From Antedon mediterranea (lineage: Eukaryota; Animalia; Echinodermata): a stretch of DNA of 64,000 nucleotides. Below, one piece after another: positions 15,301-27,418 of the stretch; position 1 is the first letter of the stretch, and each line of letters opens with the position of its first letter. The stretch spans positions 22,896,871-22,960,870 of the forward strand of contig NC_092676.1 in NCBI RefSeq assembly GCF_964355755.1. The letters are read 5' to 3'. Made by a program: the position numbers and the translations under genes. The notes beneath the pieces were generated by a model. The model did no database searches, was not told where the DNA came from, and was given only the letters and a program-made list of their open reading frames with translations.

Positions 15301-18300
15301 GGTAAAAACCTAATAAAAAATATGGATACTAACATTATTTCGACTTCAAAATATTTTCAAATTAAAGGAGATATAATTCACAATTAAGAAGACACAGTTT
15401 TTTTACAATTTTAATAATTTTAATTATGACCGTTTGAAGCTACGATAAAAAATCATAATCCGTGGTATTGGTAGAGCAAAATGAATAATAATAAAACGCC
15501 GAATAGTTATCATTGTTATTCTCATGTATTCTATTTCAGCTATTGTTGTTGATGCATGTACTGGATACAACTGTAATGCAGGAGTGTGCTCAGTGAATTC
15601 ATTTGGTGCACCTACATGCAGATGTCCAGACGGCTACTATGGAGACAGTTGTGAAGGATGTAAATCAATCAATACATTTTATAAATAGATCAATAAATCA
15701 ATTTGATATAATAATTATAACTGTTTAATATCTGGTATACTGGGTTAAACCATTGTGCTACCTTGTTTAATGTTTTCGCGAAATGAAATTTGACTAGAGA
15801 TGTATGGTTTTATCAGATATAAACAAATCTGGCACAACGCCAATATCTACATTTTACTACAGCCGTATTCGACTGAGCTATTTTGCGCAAGTGTTTGTAT
15901 ATTACCAGTTGAATACGCTCTTTAATAGATGCCGATGCATGTGTTTCATTTTCTAACTTCCTCTGCAATAGAAGCTACAGTAATGTTTATTGGTGTATAT
16001 AACATAACATTGCTTTCTTTATGTTTACAGATATATGTGACCTTATTAGTTGTAACACGGGAACCTGTTTAGTATTAGGACCATCCACAGTAGAATGTAT
16101 GTGTACAGCTGGTTATATTGGAGATAGGTGTGACACATGTAAGTAAACAAAATTCTAAACTACTTGGTATAGAGACCCTCTCATTTGTAATTTCATGACA
16201 ATTGATTCGGTTTCTTGGCGTTAGGCAAAAGTTATCGAATGTGTAGACCTAAACGCGAAGAAGATATCAAAGAAAAGAAGTATAAACTTTGATTTTGATT
16301 AAATGTATTGTTTATCACTGCCTTTGAAAAGTATACCGCATATTACAGAAATGTCCGTTTATATGACTTCGCTTGACATTTGGAGAGGTGACCCACAAAA
16401 AAAAAAGTAATATACTTCATACCTATATTCCGGTTATTTATACCTTGAATGGTTGCCTTAGTGGTTCCACCAGTTCAATAATGCGTTTACACAGATGGTC
16501 ATAGCTTTCTTTCAATTCTAATTATAGATGTATGTGGTAATTACAACTGCAATGGAGGCACCTGTACAGCTGATAGCAATAATCTTCCAACTTGTGAATG
16601 TCCAGCTGGCTATACTGGCGACAGTTGTGAATTTAGTAAGTTTAGCCTCCTTTAGTGTTAGTTCATTACTGAGCCTAATTATAATCGTAACTTACAGTAA
16701 GTGTCATGTATATAATCATAACTTAAATATATTTGGAAACGCTGTCTTTACGAGTCATAACTATAATTAAATTCATGATTACATCATACACCATAGATGA
16801 TGTGTAAACATTTATTTTGAAAAAATAGTGACTTCTTCCTTAATCATGACAAATTTAACAAGATGTATTATCTCCTCCTATTCCTTTTAACTCTCTTTAT
16901 TCAAGTTTAAAGGAGATATACCATTTGATATTTCGTTCCCTAACTCTACCGATCCCAAAAACAAAACGGTAAAGTTTAATAATATTTTTGTTGACAGGTT
17001 CCTGTGTCAATGTTAACTGCAACGGTGGTACATGTACTCTAACTAGTCAAGGAGAAGCAATATGTTTTTGTCCAGATGGATATTTACCTGAAGATAACTG
17101 TCTCTCATGTAAGTTATTCTAATTTATATGTGTTGTAAAATGTATCTTGCATATCGTGTGTACTGTTTTGTAAGAACCTGTATCATTAGTATTTATTAGT
17201 CAACATTAAGATGCTCATCTCACAAGGTTAAAACTGTTACCGAATCAGTAATATACAAACGCATTAAAGCATTAGATACAATTTCATAATAAATGTATCA
17301 ATAATCTAAGTCATGTTTTCTAATCCAGAATTAACAACAACATTATAAATTAAGATTTAGATGGATAAACATGCTATAATAGTATTGTATGTATGTACAT
17401 AATGAATGTATTTTGATTTAATAAAAGCCAACATTTTCAAAAAAATACTTTAAATATACCGAAAGAATTATTGCTTCGTGTATTTTATCCCACATACATC
17501 ATTTGGAAAATATAATTTTCTACCAATGTTATAATATCTTTCAGCTGTATGTACAAACTTCAACTGTAATGGAGAACCTTGTTTTTTGGTCAATGGAGAA
17601 GCAGAATGCCAGTGTCCAAACGGATACTCGGGCTTAAACTGTGAAATCAGTATGTATTCTTAAATGATACGTATTATATAACACCTAAATAAATTCCTGT
17701 CATTCGAATGGACGATTAGTAGTACGCACCATTTAAATAGTACTTTTTGTCTCGATTTTCGCGTACCATTTGTGAAAATATAACGTTTTATCATTCACCT
17801 CATGCCATTATTTGTACCATTCCACGTACCATTCCACTCATAATTTGTATAATATTCACTTACAGTCAACCTTCCCATAAACATTCCTCTTGTTCTGAAA
17901 GTTTTAGTCGCGTGGACGCGACTCAATAGTTCATTATGTCGGTCGGTCAGTCGGTCTGTCTGTCGGTCCGGTATCACTATGCGTTGTATCGCTTTTCTGT
18001 ACTTTTTGAACTGTTTTGATGTACATTACTTTTTGAAAGTTCATTTTTTTCTGAGAGCACGCGATTTATGGCTGTTGGCCTTGTTAATGAAAAGTTTACG
18101 AAAGTATTAAATAATATATTATTTTATTTAAATACAACACTACTATTTTATTGTTAGCTTTTCAATTGATGTGTTTTTAACAAAATAATCTTCTAAACAA
18201 CAACCATTACATACATATCAAGTGATACAAGATCAGGAGAAGATTATAAAATAAAATAATTTTTCTAGAGCTATACTGATGACAATCCACTTAACTATTA

Positions 18301-21300
18301 ATGTCTCATAACCACGCTCCATATTGTACATACCATATCTTTCTACTGTACGTTGTTGGAGATCATTGTATCAAGTATCTTAAAGTGTAGTGTAAGCAAG
18401 CCAGTGTATGGAAACAAAGAATATATATCACAAGAATGAGTATTCCGCGATTTTTGCATGAGAAATTTGTAACAGAGAGCTCTAGTGAGTGATGCCCGCC
18501 CTCATAAGGGCGGATGTATACATACTAAATAATACTTGATTTAATAGATATTATACATGTCACATTAAATAGAATTATGATAATAGTTTTTGCAATTGTA
18601 AACTATTTTATAATACATATTTATTAACAAATAGTGTACATTCACTTTTACAGACAATTACTTACTAACATGCTAAGTTAGTTCACAAAAAAGGCCTAAC
18701 ACAGCAACACCAAAAGTCAACGAATCGTTACTCAGCACGGCCTATTCTTTACCATTGCCCGTGTACTACTCTACGCCCGGTAAATTAAGTATTGTTTTTA
18801 TGATATAAATTAGTATAAGATACATGTTATTAATAGGAAAAAATGTTAAATGTCATTAACATTTATTTGTTTTACCAGAAACAAGTTAAATATAGGAATA
18901 TTATTAAACTATCCTACGTGAAAACGCGTAAACACCAACACGCCCGGTCACGCTATCGTAGCGCCCGGTTGATAAAGCAAACTGTTTATACGGCAGTTTT
19001 TACTAAATAAATTGCATAAAACGAACAATTAAATATCTAAATAGTATTTAACATGATGTTAGCATGTAGTTGATAACATTTTTTATCATGAAAATACTAC
19101 CGGTGGTCCAGCCTTTGATTAGTGAAACCGTCACAAAAAGTTGTATACATCCCAGATACATCCACACTTATGGCGGCGCCCTACCTCATGGACAATATTA
19201 CTGTTACAGGGAAAATCGCGGAATACTCATTCTTGTGATATATATTCTTTGATGGAAATACGTATAATGTCTTACAATCTGTTACTACATACAAAATGAG
19301 ATGAAATATTGAAACATATATCTTAAAATTGCTACAGCATGTACAGTAGATGACACATTTATTTTATTTAAAGCTCCTTGCTCTGGTGTTAATTGTAATG
19401 CTGGAACTTGTGGCATAATAGAAAACGGAGTCGCAGTGTGTAATTGTAACGCGGGATATTCTGGACAGTATTGCAATATAACTGCAGGTATTCTTATTTC
19501 TAATCACATTCAAATTTAGGTTTTAATGGTTATGATTTAAAAAAATTAAAATCTGACACAATGACTACATAAATTTAAATAAAGACACTTTGTTAACATC
19601 GTTTTCCATTTTCCTTTGATTTTCCAGGTAGCTGTGAAAATGTTAACTGTAATTCAGGTGTTTGCTTTCTTGTAAATGGTTCACCTCTGTGTGAATGCCC
19701 ACCTGGGTATTCGGGAACAAACTGTGAAATTAGTAAGTACGAAATAACTAACGAAATAATACAAGACATTCAGACTGGCTTCTAGAAAACTGTTAGCATA
19801 ACCTATTTGATAAATGAATTAAATAGCTTAATACAATAATAAATAAACTAATCTAACCAACCATTGTCGACCAAGGATATTATCAAATTATACGTACATT
19901 TATATGTACCGTTTACCGTATGTAAATTATTTTCGATAATCTTTCTCGTCTGGAGCCACCCATGGTTTTTTTAAGCGTTTTGAAGTAGTTCTATTTTTGA
20001 TTCATCATTTATGTTCTTTCCCACACAGCACCTTGTACAAATTATGCATGCTTCAATGGAGTCTGTTTGATAACCAGTGGTGGTGATGGTTTTTGCAATT
20101 GTTTCACTGGATATACTGGAGACGACTGCAGTCAAACAACTTGTAAGTTGTAATTACTGTTTTAAGTAAAATCACTTTATGTTTGTCAGTGTAGTGTGGA
20201 GTTGCGGTATCCGAGTAGTTGTTAATATTAATAGTATTACCAAGCATGCGTGTTGTCAACATATGTCACTCACTGTGTACGTATTCATTTTCAGCTCAAA
20301 TGTTACCGATGCATCTATGCCTAATCAAATTTCTAATTTGTTGTTATTAATCTAGCTGACTGCTCAACATTGAACTGTCAAAACGGTGGTATATGCTCAG
20401 ACTCCACTGGTCAGACTGTCTGCGTATGTCCGTCTGGGTACACAGGCAGTTTATGTGAAATAGGTACGTAATGTTTCATTACGTGTGTTATTTATTTAAT
20501 CAAGATGTATTCTTCACAAGATAAAATATAAACTTTCATTTAGGAAATGGTAACTTGTTATAAACAAAATTCTCACTTTGTATAAATGTTTACTTTTGTA
20601 TTATGCTTAAGATGATTGTATTAACAATGTTGCTCAATGTAGCTCAATGTAGCTCAATGTAGCTCAATGTAGCTCAATGTAGCTCAATGTAGCTCAATGT
20701 AGCTCAATGTAGCTCACAATGTAGCTCCTGTATTTCATTTAAACCCATAATTCTTATACAAATACATGCTTGCAAATAATGTTTATTAACATTATGTAAT
20801 TACTTTAGCTGACTGTTCAGGAATAAACTGTCAGAATGGTGGGGTGTGTAGTTTAGATGTGAACAATCAGGCTATGTGTACATGTCCAACTGGCTATGGC
20901 GGAAATCTATGCGAAATGGGTATGTAATGTTACTTATACGCATATTAACAGTGATGACATCTTGATATTGATAATGCAAGCAACCAGATGCCTTGATTTG
21001 ATTTTACAATGAGATGCTAATGAACGTAAACTAAAACTGACTAAACCAAAATCTTTATGGTTTTAGATCATGTTTTTTATCTATTTTTTACACTTTTTAA
21101 TCCACAGAAACTGGAATTGAGACCTGTCTGACTGTGACTTGTCAAAATGGAGGAACATGTTTTACGTCACAGGCAACGGGTGGTGCCCTCTGCATTTGTA
21201 ACACTGGTTATAGCGGAGATCGATGTGAAATAGGTATGTAAATAGGCCTAGTGTTGTAATAATATTAAGCACTAAGAATCTTACAGATATTATTTGGCAA

Positions 21301-24300
21301 AATGCATGAGATCAACAGAGTGCAGGCTATTTTGTACTTCTGCTCATATTAAAGATACATTTAACTCGAGATGTTAATAAGCTTTTTTTCGACAATGTTT
21401 CTATATCAATAATTATAGTATGTTTTTACTTACAAAAATACAAAAAAAACAAAATACACAAGAAGTTGAACATTGTGGATAAAGAAACAAACACTGACTT
21501 AACATGTAATGCATATTTTACATTTTGCCAAGTAACAATGTTGTTGATAATTGTCATTTAGAACCGGTTTAAATAATAGTTACATTGTGCCTCCCACCAA
21601 TACCATAGTCAATTGACATGATATTTCTGTCTAAACAATAATTCATACTCTTGTACTAATACAGTATAACACAATGCTGGACATAAATTGGAAACATTTT
21701 CAATCAACATATTTTTGTTCATTCAAAGGTACATGTAGTTGTCAAAATGGAGGACAGTGTGTACAATCTACAGACGGTACAACTGAATGTAATTGCCCCA
21801 CTGGCTATTCTGGGGACAATTGCGAAATAGTAGGTGAGTGAGATAAACACCTTACATAAATTTCATAATTTAAATTCCAACATGAATTTTTTTTCTCTGT
21901 TTTTGTTCTGTTTTTCATAATAATTATTAATTTTTTTAAGATGGAGGCATTTGTTTTGGGAATGTGTGTTTTAATGGTGGTGTTTGTACGCCATCCGGTA
22001 CCTGGTACATGTGCGCATGCCCGATGGGATTTTCTGGATTTAATTGTGAAACCCGTGAGTATTTGAAAACTAAGCATTATTTCGTTGATGCATTGCCTAT
22101 TCATTTCCTGTGCATTAGCTTTTAAATTAGACTAATTTAAACCGAAGATTAACAATATTAGTTTTATTAACATTGTATTTTTTCAGCTGAAAGTGATCCA
22201 TGCTTAAGTAACCCATGCATAAATGGCGGTACGTGCAGCACAGAAAATTCTAACTACGCCTGCACCTGTCCTGCAGAATACTCGGGCACAAATTGTGAAA
22301 TCTTCTCACCAGGTAAGACAATACACCATACTAAAACTATCTTAGAACTTTCAGGTGCTAAAAGGTGTTTAAATTTATTAGAAAATCAGCGTCAGATTTG
22401 GATTTTAAAATTAGGAAACCTTCAATAGGTAGACCTAATAAACTGTTTTTTTACTTTTGATGTGAAGAGCAAAATGCACTCGAATAACCGATCTTTATAT
22501 ATTTATCGAATTGTGTGTTGTACGATAACGTCTAATCTTTTAGGTTATTGTCCTGCAATTTGGTATATAGGTTTCAAGAAAATCGAAAATCGTTGAAAAA
22601 AATCTGTATCTTCAATATAGGTCGAAAAAGTAAATTTTGCGCCCTCCATTGCTTTCTGAATTTTGCAATGTATTAATGTTCAGTTGTTAAATCTTGTATT
22701 TTGTTACAGGAACGGGCCTGTGCAGTACCGCCCCGTGCATGAATGGGGGTGTATGTACACCATCGGGTAACTGGTATCTATGCTCGTGTGCACCAGGGTT
22801 CAGTGGGCCTACATGCGACTCATCAAGTAAGATGTTACAGTAATAATCAATCACATATTGTACATTATATAACACCTATATAAATTCCTGTCATTTGATT
22901 GGACGAATGTGGGTCACATGGCGTGCAATAGTACGCACTATTCAACGATCGTTAAATAGTACTTTTTGAAACATTTTTGTGTACCAAAAAAAAACGTCTA
23001 GATGTTATATAAAACAAATAATGAATGTTTTGTATTCGTGTAATTTGCCTCGTTGATATAACCTTTCATCATTCACCAAGTGCCATTATTTGTACCATTG
23101 CACTCATAAACATTCATTATTTGTATAATATTTAACCTCTTTCTTGCTAAACACTGACTGATGATTAACTATGACTATGGAAATCGGCGTTTGTCTGTTG
23201 AGTATTAGCAGCCTTATTAAATGTCAATATCCAAAACATTGTTTGATTATTGATAAATTGATATTATTATGTGATTAAGGCAAAAACTGAGGCCTTATTA
23301 TCAAACTAGTTATGTTTGAACTTTGTCATCTAAGATTTAAGCAAATAAGCGTAAACATCATTTGATCATTATTTTGAAAACTGAAATAAGTAAGATCTTT
23401 GATTTAAAACACAAATTTAAATTGATTTTATTGATGTTCAAGTCTACTGCATTTTTCATCCGTACCATTAATTACTCGACAATAATCCCAGTGTGTATTG
23501 AAAATCGTAACAAACATGTGTTTTAACAGGTTCGACTCCTTGTGATCCAAGCCCTTGTCAAAATGGAGGTACATGTTCTATTTCCGGGTCAACGTACGTT
23601 TGTGCATGTGCGTTCGGATATGAGGGAAATACTTGCGGACAAGGTAAATCTCAAAAAATGGCTCTTGAAATATTGTATTATTTTTTTCATTTGGAATAAG
23701 ATCACGTACAGGGAACATTTAGCTGTGCAAACATACAAACACAAACCAACTTTTTACGATATTCCAGAGCATTCGATGTTATTTATATTTTAATGAAATG
23801 TAAACAGTTATAGCATTTTCTGTCCAAATTGTAGTTAGAGCTGTAACCAGAGTAATGAAACATCGTCATAATTAAAACACTTTATACTACAAATCGTACA
23901 AAAATATGCTATGATAATCAATATTTAACAGTTTACATTGTCTTTTAATGCATTTAGTATCATCGAATCTATGCTCAAACAACCCCTGCTTATCAGGTGG
24001 AATATGTATGCTTTCTGGCAACTATTATTTCTGTGATTGCCCCAACCCTGAAGTCCAACAAGGTTTCAACTGTGAAGACGGTAAGTTATAATTTCAGAAC
24101 ATCATTTTTGTATTAAGCAAGCATATCGTGACAGTGTATAGTAAATAAAAATAATGTTAAAACTTCATTTACCGTTTAATGCTTTATTGGAAGTTATTGT
24201 ACGTTATTGTATTTCTTTTCTTTCTAGTAAATAAATTTAATCAAATGAAGATTCGCATCGAATCCATGTTTGAAACAAAAGTTGCAGTTCGTATCATGCT

Positions 24301-25092
24301 CATATTTATTTATCATGACGTGCGATGTGATGTCGTTTGGGTTGGATCCATTTTCGTAACACATTTTTTTGTATTTATAGTATCTGGAAACTGTGCGGGT
24401 GTGACGTGTTTGTTTGGTTCATTATGTATGAACGGCGACTGTTCCTGTCCTCAAGCATGCACAGATGAGATAGCAATAGTATGTGGAAGTGATGGCGTTT
24501 CATACTCCAACGGTTGTTTTTTGGACTACGCAAGCTGTACTGGACAAATCACAATCACAATAGTAAATACTGGTGAATGCCAAAATGAAAATGGTAAGGA
24601 AAATATCGGAAAATAGAAGAAATAACATAATAATTAGATGTCAGAACTTCTACTTCGTAACTATAACACAACTTTTATTTAGATGGTAAAATAAATAAAG
24701 AAATTAATAAATAAATAAAAAGTGCTATTTAATTGTGAAAATGAATGATTCTAATGCACGTCCAGCTTTATGTAAAACATTTTCCTCACAGGGCGGCTTT
24801 TAAGACTGAATCCTTAAAAAGTAGTATAAGAAAATACAACAAACAGAAAAACAACCTTGGAAATACGAATAAAATGTTATGGATTTAATATAGCACAAAC
24901 ATCTGAACCATTTAAAAAATATAATTATTCAATAAAAAAAATGTTTAATTTGACTTTTTTTCAGTAAGTCCATCGTGCTCCAATAATCCATGTCAAAACA
25001 ATGGCGTGTGCATACCATCTGGAAACGCGTATTACTGTGAGTGTCCTTCCTCGTACACGGGGTACAACTGTGAAACACCGGCAGTTTAAATT
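384..25092 (+). CDS. Gene 1: multi-exon secreted Reeler + multiple EGF + follistatin/Kazal protein (3' end unresolved)
   Basis: The signal peptide [17 protein letters not shown] (ATG 429; in-frame ATGs at 384 and 414) leads into a Reeler domain over exons ..612, 4622-4853 and 5082-5123. About 34 phase-1 GT-AG exons each encode one 6-Cys EGF, starting near 5474, 5776, 6126, 6513, 8155, 8758, 9404, 9920, 10254, 10860, 11774, 12852, 13374, 14028, 14372, 14724, 15540, 16031, 16529, 16998, 17546, 19374, 19628, 20029, 20356, 20809, 21108, 21729, 21941, 22187, 22710, 23530, 23958 and 24965. There is also a 4-Cys exon (12315-12395) and a follistatin/Kazal exon (~24381-24593). The last clear donor is after 25092 (GTAAGT). 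Confidence 0.85.
429..5123 (+). CDS. Signal peptide and Reeler domain exons of gene 1
   Basis: Motifs [40 protein letters not shown]....GITHS..K...FTWLPP and ATFV.SY..YW match the Reeler domain pattern. Splice phases join in frame. Confidence 0.85.
2498..2558. repeat. Two tandem short palindromes
   Basis: CATGGAGAAATAA-C-TTATTTCTCCATG occurs twice in a row with a slightly different spacer. Confidence 0.6.
6296..6408. repeat. Intronic inverted repeat with ~45-bp arms
   Basis: TCCTCATCTGTATCGTTTCAAATTAATTAATTAAATTTCAGTATA (6296-6340) pairs with 6364-6408, with about 2 mismatches. Confidence 0.75.
6640..7695 (-). mobile_element. SINE relic with L2-like 3' tail, split by a HINE insertion
   Basis: The minus strand has GCAAGACACTTTAC and CCACCCAGGTGTATAAATGGGTACC (SINE body-like, ~7625-7685). 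Beyond the insertion it continues with an L2-type tail AGCGCTTAGAG..GGCGCTATAAAT..TATTATTA (~6640-6700). Confidence 0.5.
6715..7548 (+). mobile_element. Helentron-associated non-autonomous element (HINE/DINE-1-like)
   Basis: It starts in a T run with subTIR AGTCGCGTG and a local inverted copy GCGACT, and has (CTGT/CGGT)n microsatellites at ~6750-6840 and ~7435-7500. It ends with the 3' subTIR CACGCGACT, a short stem-loop and TTGTT. A second copy lies at 17902. Confidence 0.7.
10434..10713. mobile_element. MITE with imperfect ~21-bp TIRs (PIF/Harbinger-like)
   Basis: TGTTTTTCCACTAGCCGAATC matches the reverse complement of GATTCGCCTAGTGGAGAAAACA. The superfamily is inferred. Confidence 0.5.
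11440..11710. repeat. 12-bp minisatellite (TTCAATCTTAAA)n
   Basis: About 20 degenerate copies; this accounts for the spurious ORF 11344-11709. Confidence 0.85.
17674..17855 (+). repeat. Dispersed repeat copy (related to 22865-23131)
   Basis: Shares ATTATATAACACCTA.ATAAATTCCTGTCATT, AATAGTACTTTTTG, TCATTCACC..TGCCATTATTTGTACCATT and TTTGTATAATATT with the other copy. Confidence 0.7.
17902..18085 (+). mobile_element. Short HINE/DINE-1-like element (same family as 6715-7548)
   Basis: TTTTAGTCGCGTGGACGCGACTC start, CGGT/CTGT microsatellite, and GCACGCGATTTATGGCTGTTGGCCTTGTT end. Confidence 0.7.
18415..19251. mobile_element. MITE with perfect 40-bp TIRs and 7-bp TSD (P-element-like)
   Basis: TIR CAAAGAATATATATCACAAGAATGAGTATTCCGCGATTTT at both ends. 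TSD ATGGAAA at 18408-18414 and 19252-19258. CA..TG termini with a 7-8 bp TSD fit the P superfamily. Confidence 0.85.
20631..20728. repeat. 10-bp tandem repeat (GCTCAATGTA)n
   Basis: About 9 near-perfect copies. Confidence 0.9.
22865..23131 (+). repeat. Dispersed repeat copy (related to 17674-17855)
   Basis: Longer copy with the same ATTATA..TATAAT ends and the same internal blocks. Confidence 0.7.
24381..24593 (+). CDS. Follistatin-N/Kazal module exon of gene 1
   Basis: [58 protein letters not shown] contains the Kazal signature VCGSDGxxYxNxC. Confidence 0.85.
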
Positions 25093-27418
25093 GTAAGTAT
25101 GATTTTACTGCAGCAGAAAAAAATAACAATTACACTTATTTTAATGTTTTCGGACGATTTATTAAAGATGTATTGTCCCCCAAAAACATGAAAAATGAAG
25201 ATTAATAAAATCGGACTTTAAATAAATGCCATTTTGCAGTTTTGATAAAGTTGAATTACATTTTTTCAGGTAAATACTATTTTTCGATCCAGTGTTTGAT
25301 CAAAGTGAATAACTATTATGTGACATTAAAATGGCATATTCCAAAAAAGAGATTGTTTTAAACCAACCTATGTGACTGATTACTGAACCATAAATTATTT
25401 ACCTTTACCTCGACCTTTCTACTACTTTCCCGTCTGGCTAGATTTACTAAACATAAATAATAATTAACTCGGCTATAAGTAAAACTGAATGATAAACGGA
25501 CTAAAATTATAATTGTACAGTAAAAATTATCAACAATAATATTCAAAATTAAATTAATATACATATTTTAAATTTAATTACAAAACAGTAACACTTTTTT
25601 TCTTTCATATAATCGGTTTCATCTAAGATGATGGTGCTCTCTTTCATCTGTTAATCAAACTATTACACCTTGAAGATATGCAAGACTAACATGCAAGATA
25701 AAAGTTGTTATTCAGCTAATTATCAGCTTATTGTTATTGTTTATAACAAATAAAATAAGCATAATTTGGAAATACATTACAGATATCTTTATGCTAGTTT
25801 ATTATGATAATAATTAGAATTAAAAGTGGTTATAAATGAAGAACATTTCAAAATAGATAAATTCTATACCATAGGCTTATTTAAATCTGTAAAAAATCTA
25901 AGCGCTTTGAATGATTGTAATTTGTAATTACATGATTTGAACTATTTTCTATACTCATTTTTTATTATTTATACTTCATGATAATTGTATTATAACTTTA
26001 GTTTGTAGCTACATTAATTATTTATAAATAAAACTATAATATAGTAAGTTTAAAAAAAACGTTGAAAGTTTTAAGCAGTTAACGCTCCTGTAAAAAAAAG
26101 ACCGAGTACCATACTTTTGATGTGCAGATTGAGGGCGTACCATTTCTTTAATACTTACTATTTATTGAGGGCGTATTGTAAGTTGCTTACCTTAATTTTC
26201 ACAAGTGGCTGTTACGAATTGGCAGATTTCTTGAAACGAGCAATGTAAATACGAAAACGGTATAGGCATTGATACTTTCTCCTTTAAAACTCCGTAATTG
26301 GATTTTATGGAAATTTACCAACAGAAAGCCTTCTGTAGGCCTAACCATTGTTGGTTACGGATCGCTGATTTGGGTTGCTTTTGATCATTTCAAGATGTCT
26401 ACTGACTTGAGTATTACGATGATAAATACAATATTAGATTGTTCTTACAAGAAATGTGTCTATTACTCTTAACAGAACATCAAGTATGTATTTTTAGGTA
26501 AATATAATAAGATTTTAATGATCTTTTTGATACTAAACATGTTAAAGTAAGACAGCCAATATAGGCCTACACAGATGAAAACATAGAGCCCACATAGGCC
26601 TAAAACTATGTTCTTCCAAATAAAGATGTTTTAGATAGTGTAATTAATAATGTATATAGCATGTAATTTTAAATACGTTTTTATGACCGCCACTACTATG
26701 TTCAAAGCATATTTTAACGATATGCTGCCGGGTTTTTCCAACCATAATAAAGGTATATATTATTTTGAATTATCCAAAACTTTCAACACGCTACACTTTA
26801 TTGTATATACAATTTAAAATATGCATAAATCAGTATTAATATATATTCAAACAGTAGTAGTAATAATAGTAAAATAATTGTTTTTTATTGTTTAGGTAAA
26901 AACAAACTGAAATGTGTATGCTCATGTTTCTGTATCATTATTGACTTTACTGATTCATTACCAATTTTATTTGTAATCATCATTATTTATAACCCTTTTT
27001 TACTAATTCCAATAAATGAATTGATCTAGTAATTGTCTGTAAAGCTGTTTTTTATTTAATTCTTTACTATATAAGACTGATTGGGACCTACTATTAGGCC
27101 TATACATTTAATTAAATTAAACTAGTGTTTGTTTCACTTAATTATTCATCAGCTATACTTTCTCAAAACAACACTAAAAAGAGCTACAGTATATCCGGTT
27201 TTTGAGTACTGATAATTCAGGGGTTGAATTAGGTGGCTAGATGACAGAGGGCGTGCTTTTTGATATTTCGGTCCAGATTTTATTAAGCTTTTGTGACGTC
27301 ATCAATATATTGTGTTTAAAATACATTATTGTGCAAACACCAAGCACACAAAGCAAGTCACGGAAACTTTTGAAAAGGTACTCTTCCACCAAATGTTGTA
27401 GTTTATAGTAGAATCAAT

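Noticed and set aside
26896-27029. Candidate terminal exon of gene 1
   Set aside because: It is phase-compatible but AT-rich with no recognisable domain, so it is too weak to list as a feature. It is mentioned only as a hypothesis.
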